Shown here piece after piece: positions 62,917 through 64,000 of a stretch of DNA of 64,000 bases (the first letter of the stretch is position 1; each line of letters opens with the position of its first letter). Source of the stretch: Utricularia gibba (Eukaryota > Plantae > Magnoliophyta); the NCBI GenBank assembly GCA_002189035.1, contig CM007992.1, positions 372,001 through 436,000 on the forward strand, written 5' to 3'. Under the pieces are notes generated by a model. It worked only from the letters and a program-made list of their open reading frames with translations, had not been told where the DNA came from and did not search any database. A program made the position numbers and the translations under genes.

Positions 62917-64000
62917 ATGAGAGGTGTGAATCCAGAATCGAGCCATCCAGTGCTGAATCTCTTAGAGAAGTGCAAAGGCATTTATATCTTACAACAAGCT
63001 CATGCTCAAATGATCACAACCGGCCTCATCAGTCACACATACCCGGTCAGCCGCATTCTCGTTGTGTCTTCTGCTCTTGCAACTGTGTCCTACACATTGG
63101 AGGTCTTCCGCCAATTTCCAAGTCCATCTATTTTCCTTTACAACATCCTCATTTCATCCTTGGTTCAGAAAGGCCACCACCAAGTTGCTTTATCCCTTTA
63201 TGGTGAAGTTCTTAGTGAACCTGAACTCAGGCCTAATGACCATACATACCCGTCTCTGTTCAAGGCTTTAGGAGCACAACAGATGTTTAGACATGGTGTA
63301 GCCCTGCATGCTCATGTCATAAAGTTTCTCTCATTTCCTTATGACAATTTTGTTCAAGCCTCAATGCTGAATTTTTATTCCAGGTGTGGAAAAGTTGGCA
63401 CTGCAAGATGGATTTTCGATCAAATTAAGTGTCCAGATTTGGCCTCTTGGAACTCAATGTTATCTGCTTATGCTCATGTTTGTGATGAATACTCGGTAGC
63501 ATGCTCAGGTTTAGATGGAAGCATTAACTCATCCATGGAGGTCTTAAGGTTATTCAGCCTAATGCAGAAGGCATCTGTGGATCCTAATGAAATCTCCCTA
63601 GTGGCCTTAATCACTGCATGCGCCAACTTGGGGGTCCTCAGCCAAGGTATGTGGGCTCATGCATATGGCATCAGAAGCAACATCAACCTTAACCATTTCA
63701 TTCAGACAGCGCTGATAACCATGTATTCAAACTCTGGCTGCCTTGGATTTGCTAGGCAGGTGTTTCAGCAGCTGCCCTTCAAGGACACTTTCTGCTTCAA
63801 TGCTATGATCAGGGGACTGGCGATGCATGGTCACTTCCCTGAGGCTCTCGACTTGTTCCAGACAATGAAGGTTGAGGGTTTTGTTCCGGATGATTTAACA
63901 ATACTAGCCGTGTTGTCTGTGTGCTCGCATGCCGGACTGGTGGATCAAGGACGGGAGATCTTTTGTTCTATGACTAGTTCTTATGGGTTAGTACCTAACT
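62917..64000 (+). CDS. PLS-class pentatricopeptide repeat protein (At5g43790-like), intronless, truncated by the window end
   Basis: Open frame from ATG 62917 to the edge: HPVLNLLEKCK...HAQMITTGL...HTYPVSRIL, RPNDHTYPSLFKA, DLASWNSMLSAY, PNEISLVALITAC and CFNAMIRGLAMHG. Confidence 0.93.
   Translation, partial: MRGVNPESSHPVLNLLEKCKGIYILQQAHAQMITTGLISHTYPVSRILVVSSALATVSYTLEVFRQFPSPSIFLYNILISSLVQKGHHQVALSLYGEVLSEPELRPNDHTYPSLFKALGAQQMFRHGVALHAHVIKFLSFPYDNFVQASMLNFYSRCGKVGTARWIFDQIKCPDLASWNSMLSAYAHVCDEYSVACSGLDGSINSSMEVLRLFSLMQKASVDPNEISLVALITACANLGVLSQGMWAHAYGIRSNINLNHFIQTALITMYSNSGCLGFARQVFQQLPFKDTFCFNAMIRGLAMHGHFPEALDLFQTMKVEGFVPDDLTILAVLSVCSHAGLVDQGREIFCSMTSSYGLVPN

Noticed and set aside
1-64000. 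CRISPR arrays, tRNA/rRNA genes, telomerase RNA, retrotransposon or transposase ORFs
   Set aside because: None recognised by eye; tRNAscan-SE, Infernal and RepeatMasker runs would be needed to exclude divergent copies.

Overview
Gene-dense plant (eudicot-like) nuclear DNA: about 21 intron-containing protein genes or pseudogenes in 64 kb, with many 60-100 nt introns and intergenic gaps under 300 bp, suggesting a compact genome (inference). Left to right: small membrane protein, TBL O-acetyltransferase, peroxisomal adenine nucleotide carrier, FAF, carboxylesterase, TIME FOR COFFEE, DUF868, a decayed IDM1-like PHD gene, PSB27-H2, TAD3, plastid SECE1, GPI-anchored LTP, a 5'-truncated U6 snRNA with an intact Pol III promoter, inositol 5-phosphatase, XRI1, RPS3a, FORKED-like, chlorophyllase, EPFL peptide, ARD, ELIP, MIR167 and a PLS-class PPR running off the right edge. 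No prokaryotic features, CRISPR or intact transposase were seen; one MITE-like element is present. Eight apparent frameshifts fall in short homopolymers of conserved genes, which points to assembly error, so pseudogene calls need caution. The best leads are the truncated U6, an orphan snRNA-type promoter, an unexplained locus at 14.3-15.5 kb and a G-box cluster upstream of TIC. No clearly new multi-gene system could be supported. Family assignments come from recalled sequence motifs, not database searches.
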